The notes under the pieces were generated by a model that had not been told where the DNA came from, ran no database searches, and was given only the letters and a program-made list of their open reading frames with translations. DNA of 63,510 nt, the filler included, from Reticulomyxa filosa (lineage: Eukaryota > Protista > Foraminifera): the NCBI GenBank assembly GCA_000512085.1. It is 23 parts of 23 records of this genome, joined end to end, with 100 filler letters (N's around TTAATTAATTAA, not from the genome) between each part and the next. Parts side by side here need not be neighbours in the genome. Positions count along the whole stretch, not along the records: positions 50,901 to 54,084 come from ASPP01028671.1; positions 54,185 to 56,615 come from ASPP01041420.1; positions 56,716 to 59,805 come from ASPP01011830.1; positions 59,906 to 62,321 come from ASPP01026858.1; positions 62,422 to 63,510 come from ASPP01027495.1; 18 more parts are not named here. One strand, 5' to 3'. Both the position numbers and the translations under genes were made by a program. Shown here in pieces: positions 53,299-63,510 of the stretch (position 1 is the stretch's first letter; every line of letters begins with the position of its first letter).

Positions 53299-56200
53299 CA
53301 TTTGCTTTTCCCTCCCTTAAAAAAAAATAAAACCGCGCAATTGATATTCGTCTAATTTTTTTCTTCATTTATTCTTTTTGTGTCTGTTAGTTTGTTGGCT
53401 GTGTGGTGAGAGTGACCAAAAAGTGTTTCGTTCGTTCTTTTTTTTTTTTTTGTTGATGGTTTTTTGGATGTTTTCTCGAATATGTTAAAAGTTTAACAGC
53501 ATTCCATCAGTGCTGATTTTCAAAAGTTTATGGAAGAAGTTGAATCGATTTGAAAAACATTGCCCCTTCTCAAAGTTCAATTAGTAATAAAATATAATAT
53601 ATTGTTAATATTGACTGGAAGAGCGTTAGCAAATGTCGAAAACTGGCGTCCAAGAGAGTGAAAAAAAAAGGTAATGTAGTTTCTATAACAGATACGCTCA
53701 TGAGCCTTTGAAAAAACATGAGACGAAACGTTTGTGACAGAAACAAGGTTGGTGGAAATTGAGGAAGAGTAATGAGGTGGATTACGGGAGTGAGCCACGC
53801 AGCCCAAATACGCACACAGACACAAATGCATCATTCGAAATAGATTTGAATGCAGATCAAGAAAGGGAGAACGAGAACAAATCATCAGGCCCTGCAATGG
53901 GTGTAAATAGCGGTTGGGGTTGGGGTAATATAAGCAACACGGGCAACATAGGAAATGAGAGCGCACAAGGGATAACCAATAAGAAAGATAACAAAGACAA
54001 AGAGAAAGAGAAAGATAAAAATAAAGGCAAGGAAAAAGAAAAGAACAAAGGTGAAAGCAAAGACGCCCGAAAATTGGAATTGAANNNNNNNNNNNNNNNN
54101 NNNNNNNNNNNNNNNNNNNNNNNNNNNNTTAATTAATTAANNNNNNNNNNNNNNNNNNNNNNNNNNNNNNNNNNNNNNNNNNNNCTTTTTTTTTTTTATT
54201 ACTCCATTTTTCCCCCTTCACTCCCACACTTATTACTTTATTTATTCCCTCTTCCCTACCCCCAAAAAAATTATACCTAATATCTTCTTGCTACTCCGGA
54301 CAACTATATGCAGACACAAACAAGTTACTTTATAATTTTTTAAAAAACAAACAAAATATATTTATACTTGTTATAAGTTATCCACGACAATGCCAATTTT
54401 TTTCTATGATAAACACTTCACAACCTTTTTTTTTATTTTGATGAGGGGGGTGGGAGAAATATATAAATAGAATATATACACAAATATAAATTTTTCATTT
54501 TAGGGGAATTCCTATTTAATGGCAAACACAAACATTTTACAACAAGGTATACATACATAAAAAAAAACAACATACACAAACCTTTTTTTGTTTTTTTGAA
54601 AACTGAGTGGATTTCAACCCCATTGCTATTATCATTTTTTGTGTGTGTGTACGTTTGGAGGGAGTATATAAATATCAAATCTTGGCGGGACAGGGGAACC
54701 TATATAATACAGCATACGATATTTAAATATATTTATAAAAAAAAGCAAATAGGACAAACCATTTTTTCTCCTTGCGGAGACGGATGTGGTTGCTACCCCG
54801 TTTTTTCCAATCTTTTCATTCCATTGATTGCTATATTGAAATTCAACACATAATACATATCTAAGTTTAGCATAAAATAAAAACAAAAGAATTACCTGTT
54901 GTCTTGTAATTGCAACGTAACTCTCGCATTGCAAACCACAAAGTGATCATATCTTCATTCGCCCTTAATATTCTCCAACACTAGCACAATTTCATCAACA
55001 TTGCTTGCGATCGCCTTCCTCCGCGATTATTTTCTATACACAAATAACAATCAAAAAAGTAATATTTATTATTGAACAACAACAAAGAAAAAAACCCAAA
55101 AAATAACATGGCACTATCTGCGATATCGTCAACGAGTTTAATTGATATCAAAAATGATAGAGTATATAATGTATTGTCGCCAGATGATAATTTGAGTTGC
55201 TAGCTGCAAATGTTTGGATGATAGTTGTAATTTGCAATGCGAGTTTGTCCATTGACTACAATATCTTGCGTTTAGGCTAAGCGCCTTATGATGACAAGCC
55301 TTTGTGAATATTGCGCTTGTTTGCATAAATGAAGATGAGTACCACGACCAACTTATTTGTCGGCTGCGCTGTTTCCCAGTTTCCTCATTTGCGCTAACAG
55401 CGCTTCTATTACACCAAGGGCACATCTGTGCAATAGAAAGTGGTGGAGTGACTTGCAGTCACATTTTGTCCCAGCAATTGCAGCTTTCTGGACAATCATT
55501 CCAAGTATGAATATCCTTCCATTTTCCATTTAGCAACGGCACCGCGTAGTCGCAAAGTCTAATTTTTTTTTTCGTTTGTTTGCTTGTTTGTTTTTTTTTG
55601 AAAAAAGAAAGTAAAAAAGAAAAAGGATTTAACATTGCATCATTGGACAAAAAAGTCAGCATATTTTTACAAGATGATTTTGTCTTGTAGCTGGAGTTTA
55701 GCAAGTTTGACATTGGAACTCGCTTGGATTGGATAGCGAGATATCGAAGATAAATCTGCCGTGGCCGCAAATAGTGTTGGTGGTTGGCTTTTTGTGTATT
55801 GCCACGTTGTGCCAATGACAATTGACCAAAGATAGTACATACAATCCATACTTGATCGTCGCTGTTGCACGGCATATTCGATGATTTCGTGCTTATTATT
55901 AACTCCATTTTGCAATTTTTCGACACTATGTTATTTTTAGTTTGAAAGATCATTTTTAAATAAAATAAATACATAATACACAATTAATACTCTCCCCTTC
56001 CTACCTCTTGATATACGTAATCATCCCTTTTTTTTTAATGACCATTTTTTTTGTATTATTTTTTTTATCACTATTATGTACCTGAATGTTTTGTTTAAAT
56101 ATCAATTTGTAGGTCATTGATGATAAATGCGAACTGGATATGAAAATATTCATGATATTTTTGTGTGCAAACTGTTCTTAGACTGCCTTGAAGAACACGT

Positions 56201-56789
56201 ATAATTTCGTTTTCTGATAGCATCGACTCAATGTTGGAAATTTGTATTGATGATGCGCTTGTCACGTTGTTGTGGATTTTTGAGCATTGATCATACTTCC
56301 ATGTTTGTAATTTCCACATGTAATTGATCGAGTGCTTGGTCAATATATCACATGATATTAACAATATATTCATACGGTCATGTTTGTTGAGTGTGCTTGT
56401 TCACTCGTCCAGCTGCAACTGCTTGTACTTGGCTTACTTGCTGGCAACAAGAATGCATTTAACACATGCAGTGCCACCAACACCAGAGACGATTCCATGT
56501 AGCTGTCTGAATAACTACACAATATTTTCTCCTACGTTTTCCCCCTCCACTTCTACTGGACAAAGCTACTTTAAGATAAGAACCAAAAAAAGTTGGTGGC
56601 AAACGAATGTATTTANNNNNNNNNNNNNNNNNNNNNNNNNNNNNNNNNNNNNNNNNNNNTTAATTAATTAANNNNNNNNNNNNNNNNNNNNNNNNNNNNN
56701 NNNNNNNNNNNNNNNAAAAAAAAAAAAAAAATTGAATAATCTCACATTTTTTTTTTTTTTTTTTACACTTTATGTCAAAAAAAAAAAAA

Positions 56790-58389
56790 AAAGATACCAC
56801 GTATAATACCAATTTTTCAAAGCCGAATGCATGTAACATTTGGTCTCTCTTTTTTTGTGGGGTATAAATCCAATTCGAAAGCCAGGCAGCATCACGGATT
56901 TCATGCCAAGGCATATTGCTTAATTCTCTATTTTCTTCTTTGTGTTGCAGCCAATAGCTGTTCCAAATTCTGTCAAAGTCGGTGGGGTTATCGTTGGCAT
57001 TGCCATTAGCGGCCTTGGGGACATCTTGGACCGTCTTTTGGAATTCCAGGTTCAAGTGGTCGTAATAGCTGTGGCATTCCACACAAATTGTCTCCGTAAT
57101 GCCGGTCGCAGAGTCGGGGAAGTCAGCGCCTTTGCACTCTTTGCAAATTGTTCGACCACATTTTCGACAAAGATACCTCTTCTGCAGTAGCCCAAACTCG
57201 GAACGGCATGACCCAATCATACATTTATTTTTTAACTCGCTTGTGTTCGATCCACAACTTCGAGCATCTTCATTGTCTGATATAAATTGTATTCATGCGT
57301 GAAGCATCATATTCTAAAAAAGATTCCATGGAGAGGATGTTCACAAGTGCATCCATGGGCCCTCCCCCTTTTTTTTTTTTTATTTTTTTTTTTTAAAAAA
57401 AAAAAGAACTGGTAAGGTAGCCTTCCAGCATAAATCGTACTTCGCGAGCATGCAGTAAACTCTCTGGATTGGTTCGTTTGTCATAAGTAGCCTTGTGATA
57501 TTCTTTGGCGGTGATATAAGTCAGCATTTGCTGTTGTTTGTAAGAGTCTACAAAGAGGCTGTTTTTGACGTTTTGACAACAGGTCACAAAATCTGTTGCT
57601 GCACTTGTTTTGGCGCTGCGACCTAATAGGGCATAGTTTTCTCGCAGTTGGTTCAAATAAAAGCATTGAAAATTGTCTTCAGCAGCTGCCGAGGATGCTT
57701 TCTTCTCTTCTTCTCCCATTTTTTTGTCTGTGTTATTTTCAGACTTGTCATATTCAAAGATATCGATTGGAAAACGGTACCATTGCTTCTTTATTTCCAA
57801 ATATAAATGTTCGTGATGAATACATGCCTTTTTATTGTTATTATTTATTTATTTCTTATTTTTTTATTAATGCTCATCTCTAACCTTTTTTTTGTTTTTA
57901 AAAAAAGAAAAATTTGGAGTCACATGATCCAACTCACAACAAAACTTCGACATCCACCCACTGTCCATCAAAAAACTTGCTTTGAGTAATGAATTTGGCC
58001 TCTTTTATATTCAAACAACAATATTTTTTCAGCACTTCAGGAATTTTCCCATCTTTGACGTTGTAGACTTGCTCGCTCTTGTTGTTTTCTTCTTTTATCT
58101 CGTTCTTGTCTTTTGCACTCGTTATAGGTTCCAAACTCACAACCGTGTTGATTTGCATTTCCACCCATTCGCCATCCGTTTCTTCTTCATAAATTTCGAC
58201 TTTCCTCCATTGCAAATATGATTTCATAAAATCCTTCGAAAACTCAAACAACTGAATCTTCCCACGAAACCTTGCCAATGTCGGAAAGTAGCTGATCACT
58301 GTGGGGACCTTATCCGTGACTATCAAGGAAGGATCCTCTAGTAGATCGGAAGAATTCTTTGACTCTTTTAAGGACTGGCCCCAGAACAT
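56790..58389 (-). CDS. FYVE zinc-finger protein, multi-exon, 3' partial
   Basis: CMIGSCRSEFGLLQKRYLCRKCGRTICKEC...ICVEC fits the FYVE Cys spacing. Upstream exons lie at about 58389-57940 and 57800-57415. Confidence 0.75.
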
Positions 58390-58808
58390 GCTTTTTGTTG
58401 ATTATTTCAACGAAATTAATTTCTAAAAGTTCAGTGTTTGGACCCGTTGATCGGTCGCGAATCATTTTGGAGAAAAAGTTTTAGTTCGAGCTTTTCGATT
58501 GTTTGAAAAAAGACACCCAAGAGTTGATTAGTAAGAAGCGTTTTTTTTAATTGCGGACGTTTTAGGATTTATTTTCATTGTGAAAGCAATAAGAAAGTGA
58601 AAATCACTCAACTCAAAACCAAGATCATTCCTTCGTTATAACAACCCAAGAAAAGACAAGTTGCTTGCCTTTGAGGTTAATCTACCCCTCAAAAGCCTTA
58701 ACTATACAAAAAAAAAAAAAAAAGAAGAAAAAAAAAAATTTTTTTTGTAAGAAAAACTGCTAATTTACAACTAACTTTGATCAAACCTACGAATATTCTT
58801 ATAAAAGT

Positions 58809-59315
58809 TTATTTGCACAGCGTTACTATTTTCGTACGCTCTTGCGAATATCGAATGGCTTCATATGCAAGCCTAGTTGTCCTCTTCACCACTGATGTAA
58901 TTGGTTTTTTGGGTGGTAGTAGCGTTTGGTGCAGGGACAAACCAATCTTCCATGGACAAAAGCAAATGTCTGTCCAAACTCCTTCCCTCGACAATTAAGA
59001 CTTTCAAGGAATGGAGTGAAGTGTTGTTTTCATTCTTCAGCGCAGAAATCCGAGTGTCAGCACATGCTTTACAGCAGCAACAAGTGTACCCAAACCACGC
59101 ACATAAATTTTTTGGACTTACTTCCAGGAGCAGGTTGTGTTTAAATGCCCACACGCGCAATGCAGTTAAACAGAAAATGGTTATCGGCTGCCACAAGAAA
59201 AATGACCAAATCAGTGATACGAATACATTCAAGATCCAACTTCTCGAGTCTATTTTTAATCACATTTTATGTGTATACGTGTGTGCATTTAAAAAAAAAA
59301 AAAAAAAAGAGCCAA

Positions 59316-59346
<31 letters not shown>

Positions 59347-59704
59347 CTGAAAAAAAAAAAAAAAAAAATGGAGTGGGCAATAATTTTGTTGGATATGGAG
59401 TTCAACACCTGTCCGAGCATGTGTCACCCCGTCTGTCTCTTTGTTTTGAACGTTCCATTGCAATGCCAATGCAGTCGCCAACTCTGTGCAGAATAAAAGC
59501 AAAGCAAATCGGTGATATACACATTTTAATTATTATATCTTTCATACATGGACAAAAACACAAGTGCAACACTCTCGAAATATACAAAAAACAAACACAA
59601 ATACCATTTGCAATGTCAAATCGTTTGTCAATGTAACCGCATGGATATTGCTTGTGTAGTGCGTCCGAGTCTGCTTCGTACGACAAGTCGAACTGCAACC
59701 CCAT
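58809..59704 (-). CDS. 3' end of a membrane protein resembling protist polycystin/REJ-like TM regions
   Basis: WGLQFD...(intron)...WILNVFVSLIWSFFLWQPITIFCL. The family assignment is from memory only. Confidence 0.4.
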
Positions 59705-59934
59705 TCTTTTTTTTTGTTTTTTGTTTTAATAACAACAACAACAAAAAGTGCACACACATACGTACACATATAATTATTCAAGTGGCTCTATTTTCCCCAT
59801 CCCTCNNNNNNNNNNNNNNNNNNNNNNNNNNNNNNNNNNNNNNNNNNNNTTAATTAATTAANNNNNNNNNNNNNNNNNNNNNNNNNNNNNNNNNNNNNNN
59901 NNNNNTTTTTTGTAGTTCGTTAAAAAAAAAAAAA

Positions 59935-60622
59935 CTAAGTTGTAACTGTTGTGGAGAAATACGACTGATACACGTACACGGCAGTTGGCAAACCAGACAG
60001 CCAATACACTACGATTGCAACGGCGGACACTGCGACCCCGCTCAAATAAAAACCATATGACAAGCATCTCACCGCCTCATTTTTCAGTTTTTTTTTTTTT
60101 TTTATTCGAAATTCTATCATCATGCGTGCATAATTCAAATGACGAGAGAAAGAAGGAGGGAGGAGGACACGATTTTATTGAATATGCATATTAAAGGAGT
60201 TTTTTTTAACACTTACCCTTCTTTCCCCTTGTTCCCTCCCTTTTTTTTTTTTATTTATTTATTTAAAAAAAAAAAGACTCAACGCTGCAGCTTGCAAACC
60301 AGGAATACCAGTATACGTACCCTGCAAAAAAAATAATGTTGCTGAACATGATGATAAGGTTGGATACTTCTTTGATCCATGGAATAGTAAGCAGTAACAA
60401 TAGATAGGCGCCAATGTACACCCAACTACTGTTCTCAAACTTACTCTTATCACAACGAACCCCCATCAGTCCTGTCACTGTTGCGTCTATCCTCTCTTCG
60501 GTTTCACTGGGGTTGGAAGCAACGCTTTTGCTGTCTTCATCGTCTAATGTTGTCTTGTCTTCATCTGCTTTATTACTTACAGAATGATATGAAGGCTTCT
60601 CTGAATAAAGGATTCTATCCAT
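59935..60622 (-). CDS. Hypothetical membrane protein, 3' partial
   Basis: Acidic/Ser-rich N-terminus followed by hydrophobic segments in two exon-like ORFs. Confidence 0.45.
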
Positions 60623-61545
60623 GTCTCTTCACGCAAGTTATGTCGAAATTTAATTTGTTTGGCTACCCCTCGTACTTAACATCAAAGTGTTATCAGAGTA
60701 ATCTTGATGACCTCTTTTTTTTTCCCTCTTACTTTTCATTTGTACAAGAATTTACTGTACAATTTTTTCACAGCGTATTTTAAACACGTGTTGGTGTGCA
60801 AAACGTAGAGATTATTTATCACATAAAAAATACTTCCTTTAGTGCTTATTTTAAACACAAAACTTTTCATATATGACATTTAAATCCAAATTTCAATTTA
60901 GCCAAAAAATTATTTGCTAAAAATTTCAATGCATACATCATTTTTTGCAAAAAGAAAAAATATTGTGCATCATTGTCTTTTTAAACAATAGTTTTTAATT
61001 AGGATCGCCCCACTTATTAACATTTTTGTTGGAAATGTTCTCTTTTAATAATATCGCAACAACCAATAGAAAATGACGTTGGCACAAGAACACTGGGCAT
61101 TTGATAAATGAGATCAAGACGTAAGTTCATAAAAATCGAGCCCAGCCCAAGCGATGTTGCAGAAGATCAGAAAAGGAAAATAAAAAAGAAAAAGACACAC
61201 CTAACAAAACCAACAGTAAAATGAACAAGCGATCGATATTTTTTGCAAACTGAGAATGTAAGCATTAATTTTTTTCTAAAAAAAAACTCACTATCAAAAC
61301 GTGTTTATCAGTTGTCCGATCTCTAAGAAGGAAAAAAAGTGTCCGCCAAGGAAGTTAAAAAAATTTTTTTGAACAGTTGATTTTTTGTATATGTGTACTT
61401 TTATTTTTTATTTTTATTTTTTGATTGAAACTAAGAACAACCAACAAAAAAAAAAAGAATGGATCCAATCATTCCTTCCCCCTAAATCACTCCTCTCAAT
61501 TGTCTCAAAAAAAAAAAAAGAGTGTAATAAAAATAAAAGCAACCT

Positions 61546-62250
61546 TTAAAACCAGTCATAATTCCACAAAGTGCGGTCAATGGGTCTAAAATGTATGAAG
61601 ATGTTGGAATAGAAATCCCCTGGCAAGGGTTTGAATCTCGCGTGTCCATTTTTGGCACTTTCATAAAAGACGACATCCCCAGGTTTCATGCTGAGTTCAT
61701 GGAGTTGTCCGGCATGGTCATAAATTTGCAACGGCCAGTCTTTGCCGGGGTCCAGTTTGCTGTCCACATTGATGATGGCACTGATGACATGGGTGCTGCA
61801 AGTATCGACGTGCATACCTAAGATAGCTCCTCGCGTGTATTGCCGAATGCCATACAAGGACGTCAATTCCAGTGACGGGATCTTGGACCACTGTTCCAAC
61901 TGTGGTCGAATCCATTCGGCCAGCGTAGTGCGTTCCTCTTCGGGCAAGTAGGCCATAAATGTCGGCGATCTCTGTTGATTCATTACCGGTCCTGCGGACA
62001 CTTCCTCCACCAACTCGCCACGGTCGTTTGAGTTCTTCCAAAAAAGGGAATTGCTTTAAACAATTCGTCAGGCAATCGCGTTTGCGCAAAACCAACCTCC
62101 GTGAAATTTCTTACCAGTCGCGGTTGTACGTAGTTTTGGGACTCACGCTTTCTTGCCCAAAACTCATACATCCAGCTCCACATCTCTTGTCTCATCGCTG
62201 TGTCACAAGTCGAGCGATCTGTTATCCCTGCTCTTCACACCACTTTGATC
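61546..62250 (-). CDS. 2OG-Fe(II) oxygenase-superfamily protein, 5' partial, frameshift near 62040
   Basis: YGIRQYTRGAILGMHVD (HxD)...ISAIINV...WPL...MKPGDVVFYES...GHAR (distal His)...NIFIHFRP. Confidence 0.8.
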
Positions 62251-62421
62251 CTTTACACAAACCAAATCAAACAAAAGCAAACAAATCTTTCAAATTTTAC
62301 AGCTTTAAAAAAATTTATTTTNNNNNNNNNNNNNNNNNNNNNNNNNNNNNNNNNNNNNNNNNNNNTTAATTAATTAANNNNNNNNNNNNNNNNNNNNNNN
62401 NNNNNNNNNNNNNNNNNNNNN

Positions 62422-63260
62422 AGAAGAAGAATAAGAGGATGGGTGTTGCTCGTAGATGAGAACATATGCATTGTGTTCTTTCATAGTGAACGGAAGACTT
62501 GCGCTATCAATCGTTTGCACCTTTGTCTGACCTCCACGAGCGCCTTTATTTCCCCAAACGCTTTTCGTCGGCGCAGGACTAGCTTTTTCGCTTTTGCTGT
62601 TCCTGTCCACGTCGTCGGCGCTCCCACCGAACGCTTCTTCTTTCATGTTCTTAAAGTCGAACGGACCGACCACCGTGTCATTAAACTCGAACCAATTCCC
62701 CGTCTGTCGGTCTTTGATGTACGTATAATAGTGGCCTTTGGACGCACTTCCCGAATGGATGATCACTCCGACCAAGTCGTAGTGTCGAGACGAGCGTCCA
62801 TCGTTGTTCTCGCTTCGAACAGTTCTTCCTGTCCATGATCACCTTTCGTCCACGAAGAAGAAGAAGAAGAAGGATCATCGAAATGACTCTTCAAATATTC
62901 TCCAATGTGTCCGGAAACGAAATGTAATGATTCAACTTTTCTCTCACTTGCCTTGTCACGTCGAAACGGAAACGCTTCAAACTAATGATCAACACGTTCG
63001 GCGGCTCCAATATCGTTTGTCGCCGTTGGCTGTTTTGCTTCGATTGACACACCTCGCACGTCACGGCGTTGTCGCCATGCAAGCGCTCTGCCTCCACAAA
63101 CTTGTGTAAGCCCTCGTTCAGACTCGATACGTCCGTCGCGTCCAACGCCAACACGCGTGACGTTTCCTGCTTGTTGCGAGTCGTGTGGCATGTCTCGCAA
63201 GTTGTGGCGTAATTTAATTGCATTTGAATTTGGTCCAATACAGACTTGTCCAACTGTACA
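62422..63260 (-). CDS. Ubiquitin-specific protease (peptidase C19), internal fragment with frameshifts
   Basis: ERLHGDNAVTCEVC, PPNVLIISLKRFRFD, KLNHYISFP, the His box YDLVGVIIHSGSASKGHYYTYIK...WFEFND, and NAYVLIYE. Confidence 0.9.
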
Positions 63261-63510
63261 TTACATATGTATTTATACACAAACATATATACATATAATG
63301 TTATACACCGTATATGTATTGTTTATTTATGTGAAAATGGAATAAAGTTAACCTTTAAAACATTTAATTCTTCTTCCAATTGTCCAAGGACTTGCATTAT
63401 CATTTCACTGCAATCCATGTGTTCTGTGATATCGATTTCCTCATTCTATGATTTTTTTTTTTATAAATTTGGTTTTGTTAGTTGCCAAAATGGTCCAAAA
63501 AAATTAGTAT

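Noticed and set aside
3925-62421. Regularly recurring TTAATTAATTAA palindrome in N runs as a biological repeat
   Set aside because: Fixed 100-bp format with six-frame stops marks an artificial concatenation linker. ORFs ending in X...LIN are artefacts, and no gene-neighbourhood inference is valid across linkers.

Overview
This window is not one continuous locus. It holds 23 short contigs joined by 22 identical artificial 100-bp linkers (N44-TTAATTAATTAA-N44), so adjacency across a linker means nothing. The DNA is from an AT-rich, intron-rich eukaryote. The WD40, kelch, TPR and HSPA12-type family members look like those expanded in the foraminiferan Reticulomyxa filosa (inference, not a database result). 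Recognisable genes or fragments: an eIF4G-like MIF4G protein with a PAM2 motif (missed by the ORF track), two 7TM GPCR-like proteins, ALG8, a VIT1/CCC1 iron transporter, an HSPA12-like Hsp70, a mitochondrial carrier, a PH+PDZ-like protein, WD40/kelch/TPR members, a kinesin-3, a FYVE protein, a 2OG-Fe(II) oxygenase and a USP deubiquitinase. Decayed WD40, kelch, CAP and dynein-2 copies are also present. Four things stand out. (1) A 2.2-kb array of 16 diverged cassettes of about 65 nt, each flanked by an intact YAG and GTT, with no shared reading frame and recurrent hairpin pairing (4091-6261). (2) A decayed endogenous CRESS-DNA-virus Rep next to a host CAP pseudogene (43719-44320). (3) A kinesin-3 whose FHA domain is interrupted by an EF-hand module. 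(4) An eIF4G-like protein combining PAM2 with a His-variant eIF4E-binding-like motif. All translations and pairings were done by eye.
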